A DNA stretch of 60,112 bases from a virus. Taxonomy: Duplodnaviria > Caudoviricetes. The stretch covers positions 1-60,112 of IMG/VR virus record IMGVR_UViG_3300022918_000112. One strand, given 5' to 3'. Position 1 is the stretch's first letter; each line of letters opens with the position of its first letter. Of this stretch, positions 18,184-27,017 are shown one piece after another. A model generated the notes under the pieces. That model was not told the DNA's origin. It did no database searches and was given only the letters and a program-made list of their open reading frames with translations. Position numbers and translations under genes: made by a program.

Positions 18184-21100
18184 TCACCCCAGATAGCCGA
18201 GCCGGACACGCAACACGTTGTTCGCGTCGTAGACCGAGACGTTCAGCGAGTTGATCACCAGCCGCCCCTGTCCGGGGACGATGCCGTTGATTTCAAGCGT
18301 TCCGTCTTTATTGAGAATCCAGCCTTGCTGGCCGGCGATGTAGTTGGTCGAGCTGATGTAGCTGCCGATCTTGGCGTTGGTGATGGTGCCGTCCTGGATG
18401 AAAGTCGAACCCAAGAAAACCTGACCACCCTGCACCGCAAACGGAACCGAGATGGCCCCGCCGGCGATGGTGTTAACAATGGCGAACCGATCCGCGCTGA
18501 CCAGGAACTGACTTTGCAGACCGGCGCCAGTGTTCTCGATGCCCAAGCCGATGCCGGCGGCCACGTACTGCCCGCCTGCCGTGACTTGCATCTTCACCGA
18601 CCACATGGTGTTCAGCTTGCCGGCGGTATCGGCATAGGCCGTCGATGTTTGCTGAATCGCGGCGGTGTTTTGTCCCACCGAAACATTCAACTGATCAATC
18701 TTCGTGGCCGTTGCTGACTCGCTGGTGGCGACCACCTGTTCCAGTTCGGTGATGTTCGCCGCGTTCTCGCCGATGGCGGCGTCGAAGGTAGTGATCCGCT
18801 GCGCCATCGCTTCGTTTTCAGAGGTGCGAACCTTTGATTCCGAAGCGATCGCGGCGGTGCTGGTCCAGCCCTTCAGCGCATCTGCCAGATCCCCCTCGCC
18901 ATTGTCGTCGCGAGATGATGCCCGCAACGCTTGGAAGGCTGTCGCCTGTGCAGTGACCACGCCGTCGAGCTCGGTGATCTCGGCAGTGTTGGTCGCGACC
19001 TGTTGCGCCAGGCCATTTGCTGTCTCGACAGTCTGGCCAACATCCAGCCAGTAGTTATCATTCGGTGGCGGGGTATCGAGCGGCACCGCGCCAGTCGCCT
19101 GATAGATGCGCTTGCCGACCACTACCAGATCGAATTCAACGTAGGTGGTTTCTGGGTCGTAACCCTTGAGGCCGTCCAGCGCATCGATCTGAGCCTGAAG
19201 ACCGGGGATCTTCTCGATCTCGTCCAGCAGGTCTTGGCCGAGCTCCGTCTCGGTGATCTGCCCGGCGATCATCTCAAGGATGTCTGCTGCGTTTGCGCTG
19301 GACTGACCCTGCACGCCCATGCCGATCGGATACCACGGACCGATATTGCCTATCCGATCGATCAGCCGGGCCCAAAAGTAAAAGGTCACGCCGGCACGCA
19401 GCCCCAGCATCGAATGGTCGCTTTGCGGGTACGCCAAGTCTGTCAGCTTGGTTGCAGTCTCAAGGCTGGTCGTTGGCCCATACCAGACTTCAGTCCGCTG
19501 GGTGTCTTCGGCCCCAGCCGGGAATCCCCACTTCAGGTAAATGCCGAACAGCAGCGGTGCGGCCGTCAGGAACGACACCGCCGGCGGCAGACCTTCCTTC
19601 CCCTTGAGGTTGGTCAGGATCGAGTTGCGCCAGATCGACGAGATATCGAAGGCACTCACCGCGCGGACGCGGGCCACATAGGCGCCAGCGTAGATGCCCA
19701 CCACGTCGACACTGGTCATCCCTGTACGCTGCAGCTTGATCCAGTTGCCGCTGTCCTTGCGCCACTCCACGTCGTAGCCGACTGCGCCAGCAACCGCCGG
19801 CCAGGTGATGGTCATGGTGGCGACGGCAATGCCCTGGGATACAACCGAGTTTGACGTAACGGTCACACTGGCCGGCGCCGGAACGACGGTGATCGGAATC
19901 ACGCTGATCGGCCGCTCTTCCAGGCGGGCGCCGGTGTCTATGTAGGCGAACTTGCTTGGGTCGTACTGCAGCGCACTGATCTCGAAGTCGCCTTCCGCAG
20001 TGCGCTTGGTCCGCAACACGCGATAGAGCGGGATCGCCAGATCATCGGCGTCCAATGCCCATTGCAACTGTGGCAGTGGTGCTTCGCTGTAGTTGGTGGT
20101 CACGGTCACGGCGCGACCGTTCACACTTTGCACAGTTCGACCTTCAGCCCGCCCACCTGGCAGGTTGATGATCAATCGATCGCCAGCCTTGGCTTGGGTG
20201 TCACGGTCCAAAGTAATGTTGCGCCCCAGTACTGCCGAGATACGTCCGCCTACCTCGCGTCCAGCCAGCAGCGAATCGGCCACAGGGATGATATGCCCAG
20301 GAAGCGGGATCACCCCCTCCATGCCAGTCTTGAACGACACGGTGCGGTCCTGATTGTTGCTCAGGATCGCCCACTTACCGCGGCGCTGGGCTTCCGACGC
20401 GCGGGTGCAGCCAATGGCACTCAGCTCGATAGGCTTGTCGCCCATGCGGCGCTGAAGATCCAGATCGGCAAACGGGATGACGTCGGTGTCGTAGTTGTTT
20501 GCCGGGTTGTCGTAGCTGACCAGGGCCCGAGTGTACCGAGTCTTGGCCGAGGCGCTGCCGTAGGAGAACTTGCCGTCGATGACGTTGGCGCGGGTGAAGA
20601 CATAGTCGAAGTCCTGCGCGCGCGGCATGTCCGCTTGCATCACTAATTGGCCCTGAGCCCAGTAGGTCATGCCCCGGTAAATGCCGGAAATGTCGCGCAG
20701 CAGAGACCAGGCATCAGCCTTGCCTTGCAGGTTCATGTCGCAGAGGAAGCGAGGCTCTACACCGCCGAGGCCATTCGGCACCAGCTGGTCGCAGTACTGC
20801 GCAATCCGGTAGAGCTCCCACTTGTCGACCATGAACGACTTGATGCGCTTGCCCAAGCCGAAACGGTCTTCAGTGCAAATGCCGTAAGTGATCCAAGCCG
20901 GATTATTGGTCCAGGCCTGCTTCATGGAACCGTCCCAAGTCCCGGTGTAGGTCCGGGCGATCGGGTCGTAGTTGCTCGGAACCTGCCACCTGCGCGCACG
21001 GCACTTCACGGTGACGGCTGGAATGTTGGTGAACTGCTCGGCATCGAACTCAATGTAAAGTAGCGCGGTATTCGGGTAGCGCAGCTTGGCGTCGATCACC

Positions 21101-21747
21101 TCGGTGTAACCGGCGATCAGCATGGTGTCGGCGATCTTGTTGCTGTTCTGGTTTGGCGTCAGGCGGCGGACGCGGATCTGCCAGCCAGTAGTCGCATCGG
21201 GCAGGTTGATCCGTGGCGAACGCTCATACCGCGTGGTGGTCTTGCCATCCACAGCGTCGACCAGCACCTGCTGATAGGCGCCGCCGTCGGTGGCCACATC
21301 AATGGCGTAATCAATACGATAGCCACCAATGTTGCCTTCATCGTCTTGGCGTTGCAGCGCAGGCCAAGCGAGGCGCACCCGAACGGCTGAAAGCTGAATG
21401 TTGCTGATCGATCGCACCCAAGGCGAATCGCTGCGCAGCTCTACGTTGAGCGTGGTTTCGTTTTCGACCGATGGAATACCAGGGATATAGGTTTGGTCGA
21501 CGGAACCCGAGCGCCAGTCCCACTTCACATTAGGGAAGTTGTAGTTGCCGCTCGCGTCCCGGATCGGGGTGTTGTCAAGGAAAATGTCGTAATCGGTTGG
21601 GACTTCGTCGAACTCACCCTCGCCCACGGCGATAAGCAGCTTGGCCAGGTTGGTCGAGCGCAGGCTATCGCTGGCCTCGGTCGGTGATTTTGGTTTGCTC
21701 TCCCCGCCCTTCGCGCCGTGGATGTCGATCTTCTGTGCTGCGCCCAT
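18184..21747 (-). CDS. Central tail fibre / host specificity protein (lambda J-like)
   Basis: 1187 aa; GEGE, YPNTA, WTNNPAW, FnIII-like region, DGTITNAKIG. Confidence 0.93.
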   Translation of the reverse strand: MGAAQKIDIHGAKGGESKPKSPTEASDSLRSTNLAKLLIAVGEGEFDEVPTDYDIFLDNTPIRDASGNYNFPNVKWDWRSGSVDQTYIPGIPSVENETTLNVELRSDSPWVRSISNIQLSAVRVRLAWPALQRQDDEGNIGGYRIDYAIDVATDGGAYQQVLVDAVDGKTTTRYERSPRINLPDATTGWQIRVRRLTPNQNSNKIADTMLIAGYTEVIDAKLRYPNTALLYIEFDAEQFTNIPAVTVKCRARRWQVPSNYDPIARTYTGTWDGSMKQAWTNNPAWITYGICTEDRFGLGKRIKSFMVDKWELYRIAQYCDQLVPNGLGGVEPRFLCDMNLQGKADAWSLLRDISGIYRGMTYWAQGQLVMQADMPRAQDFDYVFTRANVIDGKFSYGSASAKTRYTRALVSYDNPANNYDTDVIPFADLDLQRRMGDKPIELSAIGCTRASEAQRRGKWAILSNNQDRTVSFKTGMEGVIPLPGHIIPVADSLLAGREVGGRISAVLGRNITLDRDTQAKAGDRLIINLPGGRAEGRTVQSVNGRAVTVTTNYSEAPLPQLQWALDADDLAIPLYRVLRTKRTAEGDFEISALQYDPSKFAYIDTGARLEERPISVIPITVVPAPASVTVTSNSVVSQGIAVATMTITWPAVAGAVGYDVEWRKDSGNWIKLQRTGMTSVDVVGIYAGAYVARVRAVSAFDISSIWRNSILTNLKGKEGLPPAVSFLTAAPLLFGIYLKWGFPAGAEDTQRTEVWYGPTTSLETATKLTDLAYPQSDHSMLGLRAGVTFYFWARLIDRIGNIGPWYPIGMGVQGQSSANAADILEMIAGQITETELGQDLLDEIEKIPGLQAQIDALDGLKGYDPETTYVEFDLVVVGKRIYQATGAVPLDTPPPNDNYWLDVGQTVETANGLAQQVATNTAEITELDGVVTAQATAFQALRASSRDDNGEGDLADALKGWTSTAAIASESKVRTSENEAMAQRITTFDAAIGENAANITELEQVVATSESATATKIDQLNVSVGQNTAAIQQTSTAYADTAGKLNTMWSVKMQVTAGGQYVAAGIGLGIENTGAGLQSQFLVSADRFAIVNTIAGGAISVPFAVQGGQVFLGSTFIQDGTITNAKIGSYISSTNYIAGQQGWILNKDGTLEINGIVPGQGRLVINSLNVSVYDANNVLRVRLGYLG

Positions 21748-21804
21748 GCTTTCCTCCAGGCGAAAAAAAACCGCCTCATGGGCGGCCTGCTTGTTGCGTG
21801 CGGT

Positions 21805-22413
21805 TTACGCTTTGTCTTCGGCGAGGATCGATGCGGAAATGATCATGCCGCCCCATCGGCGGTCGCCGATGCAGATCGGTACTGGGTTGCCGCTGGCTGT
21901 TGTGTTTTTGGCGGAGCCGAAGGCATACGACGGCGAGTTCTCAGGGGATGCGCTTTGCGACAAGCCGCCCTGCTGCGGGCTGAGCATCTGGATCACACCA
22001 CCAGCAACACTGGCCGTGCCGGCCGCGTACAAAAAAGGGGATGCCGCTGCGAATGGTGTGAACGACAGCACGTAAGCGGCGGCAATCATTACCGTGCCAA
22101 TAATCGTCTGTAACCCCCCGGCGCGTTTGCTACCCCCAATCACCGGCACAATGCGAATTTCTCTGGTACCGCCGAGATCAAATCCACCTATACCGACGTT
22201 CTTACGGTTGCGAAAGATCGCGAACTTCAATCCAAGACGCTCAAGGCGCTTTATTTCTTCGGCGAATCCCTCGATCGTTGCGTTTAGCGCGCGGAACACC
22301 TCCCCAGCAGAACCTCCATCCAGGAGATATGGCCTGCGGCGGAAGAACATTTTAGCAAGCGAACCTGAAAGCATTACCGTCGTTGTCGGGGTGTAAGTGA
22401 TAGCTGAGCACAT
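21805..22413 (-). CDS. Tail assembly protein I
   Basis: IRIVPVIGGSK, GGVIQMLSPQ, GNPVPICIG. Confidence 0.9.
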   Translation of the reverse strand: MCSAITYTPTTTVMLSGSLAKMFFRRRPYLLDGGSAGEVFRALNATIEGFAEEIKRLERLGLKFAIFRNRKNVGIGGFDLGGTREIRIVPVIGGSKRAGGLQTIIGTVMIAAAYVLSFTPFAAASPFLYAAGTASVAGGVIQMLSPQQGGLSQSASPENSPSYAFGSAKNTTASGNPVPICIGDRRWGGMIISASILAEDKA

Positions 22414-22456
22414 GCCATTCTCCGGACAATAAAAAACCGCCCGGAGGCGGTCATGT

Positions 22457-22879
22457 TCAAAGCGTTGTGGGAAGAATGTCTATCTGCCCATCACCGCCGG
22501 TGAAAACTCTGTATTTCTTCACTGCACCATCTTTGACGGTGGCCTCTCGCTCTACCCGATCAGCGCCCATCGAGCAGATTCCGGACCCCGTATAAGCAGC
22601 CCCCACTGATACAGCGCCAGGTGGAAGATAGAACGAACCTTTTTGCCCCGCATCAAGCCGAGCAACCTGTCTACCTTCAATAAATACAGCCATTGAGCAC
22701 AAGCTACCCGTATGGCCCGAGTCCCGGATTACTTGGAGCACTCCGAACGATCCTGATGGCTTCTGCTGGTAGGCAGTCAACTGGCTTGCCGGCGCCTGCT
22801 TTGCTTCGCTCGACGGCGTGGGGGATGTCGCGCACCCCGCCAACAACGCAACAGCCAACGCCCCTACGAATAATTTCAT
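22457..22879 (-). CDS. Lipoprotein moron 1
   Basis: LLAGC lipobox, ATG 22879. Confidence 0.8.
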   Translation of the reverse strand: MKLFVGALAVALLAGCATSPTPSSEAKQAPASQLTAYQQKPSGSFGVLQVIRDSGHTGSLCSMAVFIEGRQVARLDAGQKGSFYLPPGAVSVGAAYTGSGICSMGADRVEREATVKDGAVKKYRVFTGGDGQIDILPTTL

Positions 22880-23034
22880 GCAGGTCACTCCTGTGGAAAG
22901 CGGGCAATGTAGCATCGAGCGACTCGATCAAAAAATCTGCTCGAGCTGAGGGCCGCACCTTCTACGGATCTACGCTTTCAGCGATTCGCCTTACGTCACT
23001 GATCAGGTGCCCGAAGGGGGCCAGGAACTCACGT

Positions 23035-23454
23035 TTATTGGTACTCGACATAGGGGCCGAGGACTAACCCTGTCATGTCAGAACTCACCCGGTAAATCAC
23101 CTCTTTATTAGCTTGAGCGGTAGCGGCAACCGTTCTAATAGCTGGCCCTGCACACAGCCCACTACCCGGTCCTGCACCAATATTTAGCGAGCCTGGTTCG
23201 ACAAAAAACGATGCTTTCTCGCCAGAACCAAGTTTTGCCGCTCTCTTGCCATCTACATAGATGACAAAGTCGCAGGCTGACGAATTAACCCCGCCATCCC
23301 TCACCACCGTGACCGTCCCGTAAGCACCCTCAGGTCTTGATTGGAAGGCGTAAATTTCGTCACTTGGAGCCTGCACGGCTTCGTTCACAGATATCGGATT
23401 AGAAGAACATCCCGCCAACAGCATTACAGCCACCGCCCCAATCAAAATCCGCAT
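23035..23454 (-). CDS. Lipoprotein moron 2 (paralog of 22457-22879)
   Basis: LLAGC lipobox; shared EAxQAP, VxRDxG, C, GxKxSF, GxC. Confidence 0.8.
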   Translation of the reverse strand: MRILIGAVAVMLLAGCSSNPISVNEAVQAPSDEIYAFQSRPEGAYGTVTVVRDGGVNSSACDFVIYVDGKRAAKLGSGEKASFFVEPGSLNIGAGPGSGLCAGPAIRTVAATAQANKEVIYRVSSDMTGLVLGPYVEYQ

Positions 23455-23528
23455 GATTCTTCCTCGTCCTGAAAGGTGGTGACTGTATCACCGAGATTGC
23501 ACGACGCTGTGGCTTTACCAAGATTGGC

Positions 23529-24212
23529 TCACAGTTGGTTATCGGAAACCTCGATCCGAACGTCGGTGACAGCACGATAGCGCCATACCTTTAGTGATGC
23601 GTTGTCACCCGGGGTCATGCGGCCAATGATGGCTGTAACCTCAGGAGGACTATTCACCGGAGTGCCTGCAATCTCCAAAATGATATCGCCAGGCAGAAGC
23701 CCCATTTTCTCTGAATCGACTCCTGCCTCCGGACCAAAAACCAAGACGCCCTTTTCAGACGGTAAACCGAAGTTTTTTACAACTGCCGGTGTGACCGGAC
23801 TTATATGCGCCCCTAAACGTCCAACAGAAACCGGTTTGGCAGCCGGAGCCGGCACCGTTGCGGAAGGAATCGGACTTGGGCTAGAGCTTGGAACAATATG
23901 CGGCGCTGGTGGAGCGCTCGTTGCAACCCCTGCATTGGTAGCGACTGTTCCGGTACACCCTCGCTGAGTAACTACCTGACTAATCACTTGCCGGATTTTC
24001 TCCGTTCTGGGTGTTGGGTACTGCTCGTAGCTGGTTTGAGTAATTAATAATGAATTGCAGTCCATAGCTTCGTAAGTTGCCGGAGACTCGGTTTTTCGAT
24101 GATATTCAGCGTATTTTGCCTTTTCCTCGGCACTCATCGGAAGGAATATACAGCTCACCAGCAGTGGGGTTACTGCAACCATTAATGTAACGAGCTTGAT
24201 CGACATAGCCAT
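23529..24212 (-). CDS. Lipoprotein with C-terminal HtrA-like PDZ domain
   Basis: LLVSC lipobox, Pro-rich linker, GRLGAHI...GLLPGDIILEIAG...LKVWR. Confidence 0.75.
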   Translation of the reverse strand: MAMSIKLVTLMVAVTPLLVSCIFLPMSAEEKAKYAEYHRKTESPATYEAMDCNSLLITQTSYEQYPTPRTEKIRQVISQVVTQRGCTGTVATNAGVATSAPPAPHIVPSSSPSPIPSATVPAPAAKPVSVGRLGAHISPVTPAVVKNFGLPSEKGVLVFGPEAGVDSEKMGLLPGDIILEIAGTPVNSPPEVTAIIGRMTPGDNASLKVWRYRAVTDVRIEVSDNQL

Positions 24213-24354
24213 CCCTGCTGCTGGTGATTTTCAATTGGGAACTGAACGCTACTGTTTTGCCCCAAGCGTGTCCATTCTGTTATTCAGCCTGTACGAATCC
24301 CCAGTAACGCCCTGTCACCCTCCGTAGTAGCCTCCTGCCTCCACGCAATGGATT

Positions 24355-24407
24355 TCCCAGTTCTTTGCCTGCAAGCCCAAGGACTGGGATTGCGCCAATT
24401 TCGGCGC
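24355..24407 (+). promoter_or_regulatory. Tandem hairpin leader upstream of a moron
   Basis: 11-bp stem 24355-24389 and 5-bp stem 24392-24407 just before GGAGG. Confidence 0.5.
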
Positions 24408-24428
24408 GGATAGGACCTAGGAGGTCAC

Positions 24429-25010
24429 GTGAGTAATGACGAATTTGTACAGCGCCCTGCATTTACAATCGACTGGGCGCGCCAGTTTGACTCTGGCCCT
24501 TCAGACGCTCACCTTCACGCCATAGGTCAATTCATCGCGAATTACTCTGCTATCGAATGGAAGATATCGGAACTGTTCGCGTTTTTCCTTGAGAAACCGA
24601 TTGCTGAAGCACAGCGCATTAGCGTCGAAACAAACATGTCTATGGCTGCAATGATCAGGTATTCCAAATCAAAGCTCTCAGATCTAGGCGCATTGGAAAC
24701 GGCAACCGACTTGCGTGCGTCCATCGAGGCTTTTGAGCTCGTATCTCCTCTTCGCCATAAAATTGTCCATTGGCAATGGGGCCTGAATGAAGGATCTACG
24801 GCGACTCAGACCGATCTCATCAAGCCAAAAAGCCCAGCAAAGGCTAACGCCGAATTGACGCTCGAGCACTTGCGAGAGCGCTGCCTATATCTTGCAAGGA
24901 TTTTCCGTGCCGTCCACTTTGGGATTGAGGTTATTTCCGGGGTGAAGACCCGAAAGGGAATTCAGTCAGAGCACACAGAAACATCGCCTGAAAAGCTCTT
25001 TCGACCGTGA
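24429..25010 (+). CDS. HEPN-like helical protein
   Basis: GGAGG RBS; IGQFIANYSAIE and RHKIVH (Rx4H). Confidence 0.7.
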   Translation: MSNDEFVQRPAFTIDWARQFDSGPSDAHLHAIGQFIANYSAIEWKISELFAFFLEKPIAEAQRISVETNMSMAAMIRYSKSKLSDLGALETATDLRASIEAFELVSPLRHKIVHWQWGLNEGSTATQTDLIKPKSPAKANAELTLEHLRERCLYLARIFRAVHFGIEVISGVKTRKGIQSEHTETSPEKLFRP

Positions 25011-25128
25011 GGCGCGATAGCGGGCGCTCATCAGTCTCTTCAAGTACCTCGAGCCCGGCCTCAATCATTGCGGTTGAAACCGGAATATCCTCCGGCAGCA
25101 TCCGTTGTTGAGCTACAGAATTAGACAC
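24931..25128 (-). CDS. Small phage protein
   Basis: GGAG RBS; TAMIEAG motif; convergent overlap with the HEPN-like gene. Confidence 0.5.
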   Translation of the reverse strand: MSNSVAQQRMLPEDIPVSTAMIEAGLEVLEETDERPLSRLTVERAFQAMFLCALTEFPFGSSPRK

Positions 25129-25152
25129 GACTGCTCCCGCGACCCTGCCGCA

Positions 25153-25917
25153 TCATGTGGTTGGTTGTACATCTTTGTGCCTGAGGATCAGGCGTGTTCG
25201 GTCCAGCCAGGGGCCGCCAAAGACGATGATTTCGCTCGGGCGTCCATACAGGTGGTGCAGCAGGAACGGGCCCGGGCCGAAGGTGGCCGAATCCTCACCA
25301 GGCAACGCGGGATCAGAGCCGAGAAATATCCCAGCGTGATTTGGGTAAACCGTCCGCCCTACTTCCATCACGACCATGTCGCCGCGCTTCGGCTGGTCGA
25401 CCTTGTAGAAGCCGGCAGCCTCATAGTTTGCTTCGTACAGACTGGTGTTTTCCTTGCTCTCCCACCAGCCGTCCGCACGCTTGAAGGCTTCGAACTCTAG
25501 CCCCCACTCGCGCTTGTACCAATCGGCGCAGACCTGCCAACAGTCCCACGCTCCATGCACAAATGGGCGCTTTAGCAAAGGGACATCACCAGCCGGCAAC
25601 ACAGTCCGCAGGTCGCCCTCTGGCCAGCTGAGGATATGCCACGGCATCGCGGTCGCTTCGCACATGGCGAGATCGCGCGGCGAAGGCCGACTCGTGGCGT
25701 CCGGATGCGAGTGAACAATGCCGATCACCTCGCCGATGTCTTCCGCCGCGGCGTATTCCTCCGGATCAATCCGAAACTCTTCGTTCGGCTCAGTCGAGAT
25801 ATTCCGGCACGGGTAATACTGCTGCTTGCGGCCAATGCCCAGCAGCACACCGCAGCACTCTTTCGGGTACTCGGCGGCCGCATGAGCCTGAATCGCTTTC
25901 AAGATGTGCTTGCGCAT
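25153..25917 (-). CDS. Tail assembly protein K (JAB + NlpC/P60)
   Basis: ECCG, HSHP...SxxD, DCW, NHAGI, LHH. Confidence 0.92.
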   Translation of the reverse strand: MRKHILKAIQAHAAAEYPKECCGVLLGIGRKQQYYPCRNISTEPNEEFRIDPEEYAAAEDIGEVIGIVHSHPDATSRPSPRDLAMCEATAMPWHILSWPEGDLRTVLPAGDVPLLKRPFVHGAWDCWQVCADWYKREWGLEFEAFKRADGWWESKENTSLYEANYEAAGFYKVDQPKRGDMVVMEVGRTVYPNHAGIFLGSDPALPGEDSATFGPGPFLLHHLYGRPSEIIVFGGPWLDRTRLILRHKDVQPTT

Positions 25918-25919
25918 GG

Positions 25920-26669
25920 TCAGCTCCGGGCGATCAGTGAAACAGCAGGGAATCCACCAAACGGCAGCGGGTTGCCTTCACCGAAGCGCGGGATGCAGCC
26001 CCGGCCCAGCGTTGCATCGCACTCGTCCAATTCCGGGTTATCAGTGACAACCCCGTCCTTCGTAACGTACGGCCCGGTGTAGCCGCAGCTCGGGCCACGG
26101 TAGCCGCCGGTGAGGCACCAGTGACACAAGGTGGTCGCCTGTCGGCCAACGGATTCGCCGCCCACGTCGCCCGGGCTGGCCAACTCCCAGCTGACCGTCT
26201 CCCCGTCCTCGTTCGTTTTCTGGTCGATGTACCAGACCTCGATCGTCTCTTGGGTAGGATCAGCGTGTGGGTTTCCGGCGGGGAAGTTCTGCGCATCCAG
26301 GTACGTGCCCAGTGTGTGGCGCATGGTCAGCTTGAACTCGAGCAGATCGTCGAACGCCAGACATAGCGCGGTGATTCGCCCGTTGACGTTGCCGACTGAA
26401 AGCGACGGCCGTACCGCTGTGCCGTCGCCGTTAGCCTCGATGCCGTCGATCTGCATCGGCCAGGCCCCGTACTCGTTGCCCTGCCACCAAATGGCCTTGG
26501 CCGGCAACAGCTCCGCATCGCCACCGGCGGCAATGATCTCCGCCGGCGTATGCGGGATGGCGTGCCCATGGAAGCGCAGAATATCCGCACCATAATCCGT
26601 ACCGTCCAATTCAAAGAGCAGCACTTCGCTGCCAGGCTCTAGGACCTGGATGTCACTGATCAGCGGCAT
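25920..26669 (-). CDS. Minor tail protein L
   Basis: LFELDG, CHW...YRGPSCGY, FGGFP. Confidence 0.92.
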   Translation of the reverse strand: MPLISDIQVLEPGSEVLLFELDGTDYGADILRFHGHAIPHTPAEIIAAGGDAELLPAKAIWWQGNEYGAWPMQIDGIEANGDGTAVRPSLSVGNVNGRITALCLAFDDLLEFKLTMRHTLGTYLDAQNFPAGNPHADPTQETIEVWYIDQKTNEDGETVSWELASPGDVGGESVGRQATTLCHWCLTGGYRGPSCGYTGPYVTKDGVVTDNPELDECDATLGRGCIPRFGEGNPLPFGGFPAVSLIARS

Positions 26670-26678
26670 GGGTGTTCC

Positions 26679-27017
26679 TTATGGCTGGAAAGCACGGTTA
26701 AAGGTAGCCGTGAGTTTGAATACACCGCCGCCCACAGGAGTAGGGACGGGATTTTTGCAGGTGAAAAGTCCGAGCTGGCCGAGCGGTGTTGTCCAGACGA
26801 AAGCCTTGGCTCCGGCGTGCCGATCGAGGAACGCCATGATTTCCAGAACTTTGACCTCTGGGCCGCTGTAGGTAACCGGGTAAGCGTCAACTTTGTTGTT
26901 CGGCCCGTCGCCGGACTCCTGTTTGTAGCCGTCACCAAACTGCGCGGTGCGCACCCGATAGGTAATCTCGGGTGAGTCGCCGTGCTGCGTTGGCCAAATG
27001 AACGTCTCGATCGCCAT
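26679..27017 (-). CDS. Minor tail protein M
   Basis: QFGDGYKQ, FLDRHAGAKAFVW. Confidence 0.9.
   Translation of the reverse strand: MAIETFIWPTQHGDSPEITYRVRTAQFGDGYKQESGDGPNNKVDAYPVTYSGPEVKVLEIMAFLDRHAGAKAFVWTTPLGQLGLFTCKNPVPTPVGGGVFKLTATFNRAFQP

Noticed and set aside
16214-21747. Diversity-generating retroelement or invertible tail-fibre cassette
   Set aside because: No reverse transcriptase, invertase or template/variable repeat pair seen
12976-24212. Split DegP made of the protease and the PDZ lipoprotein
   Set aside because: Genes are ~10 kb apart, and the protease lacks a signal peptide while the PDZ protein is exported
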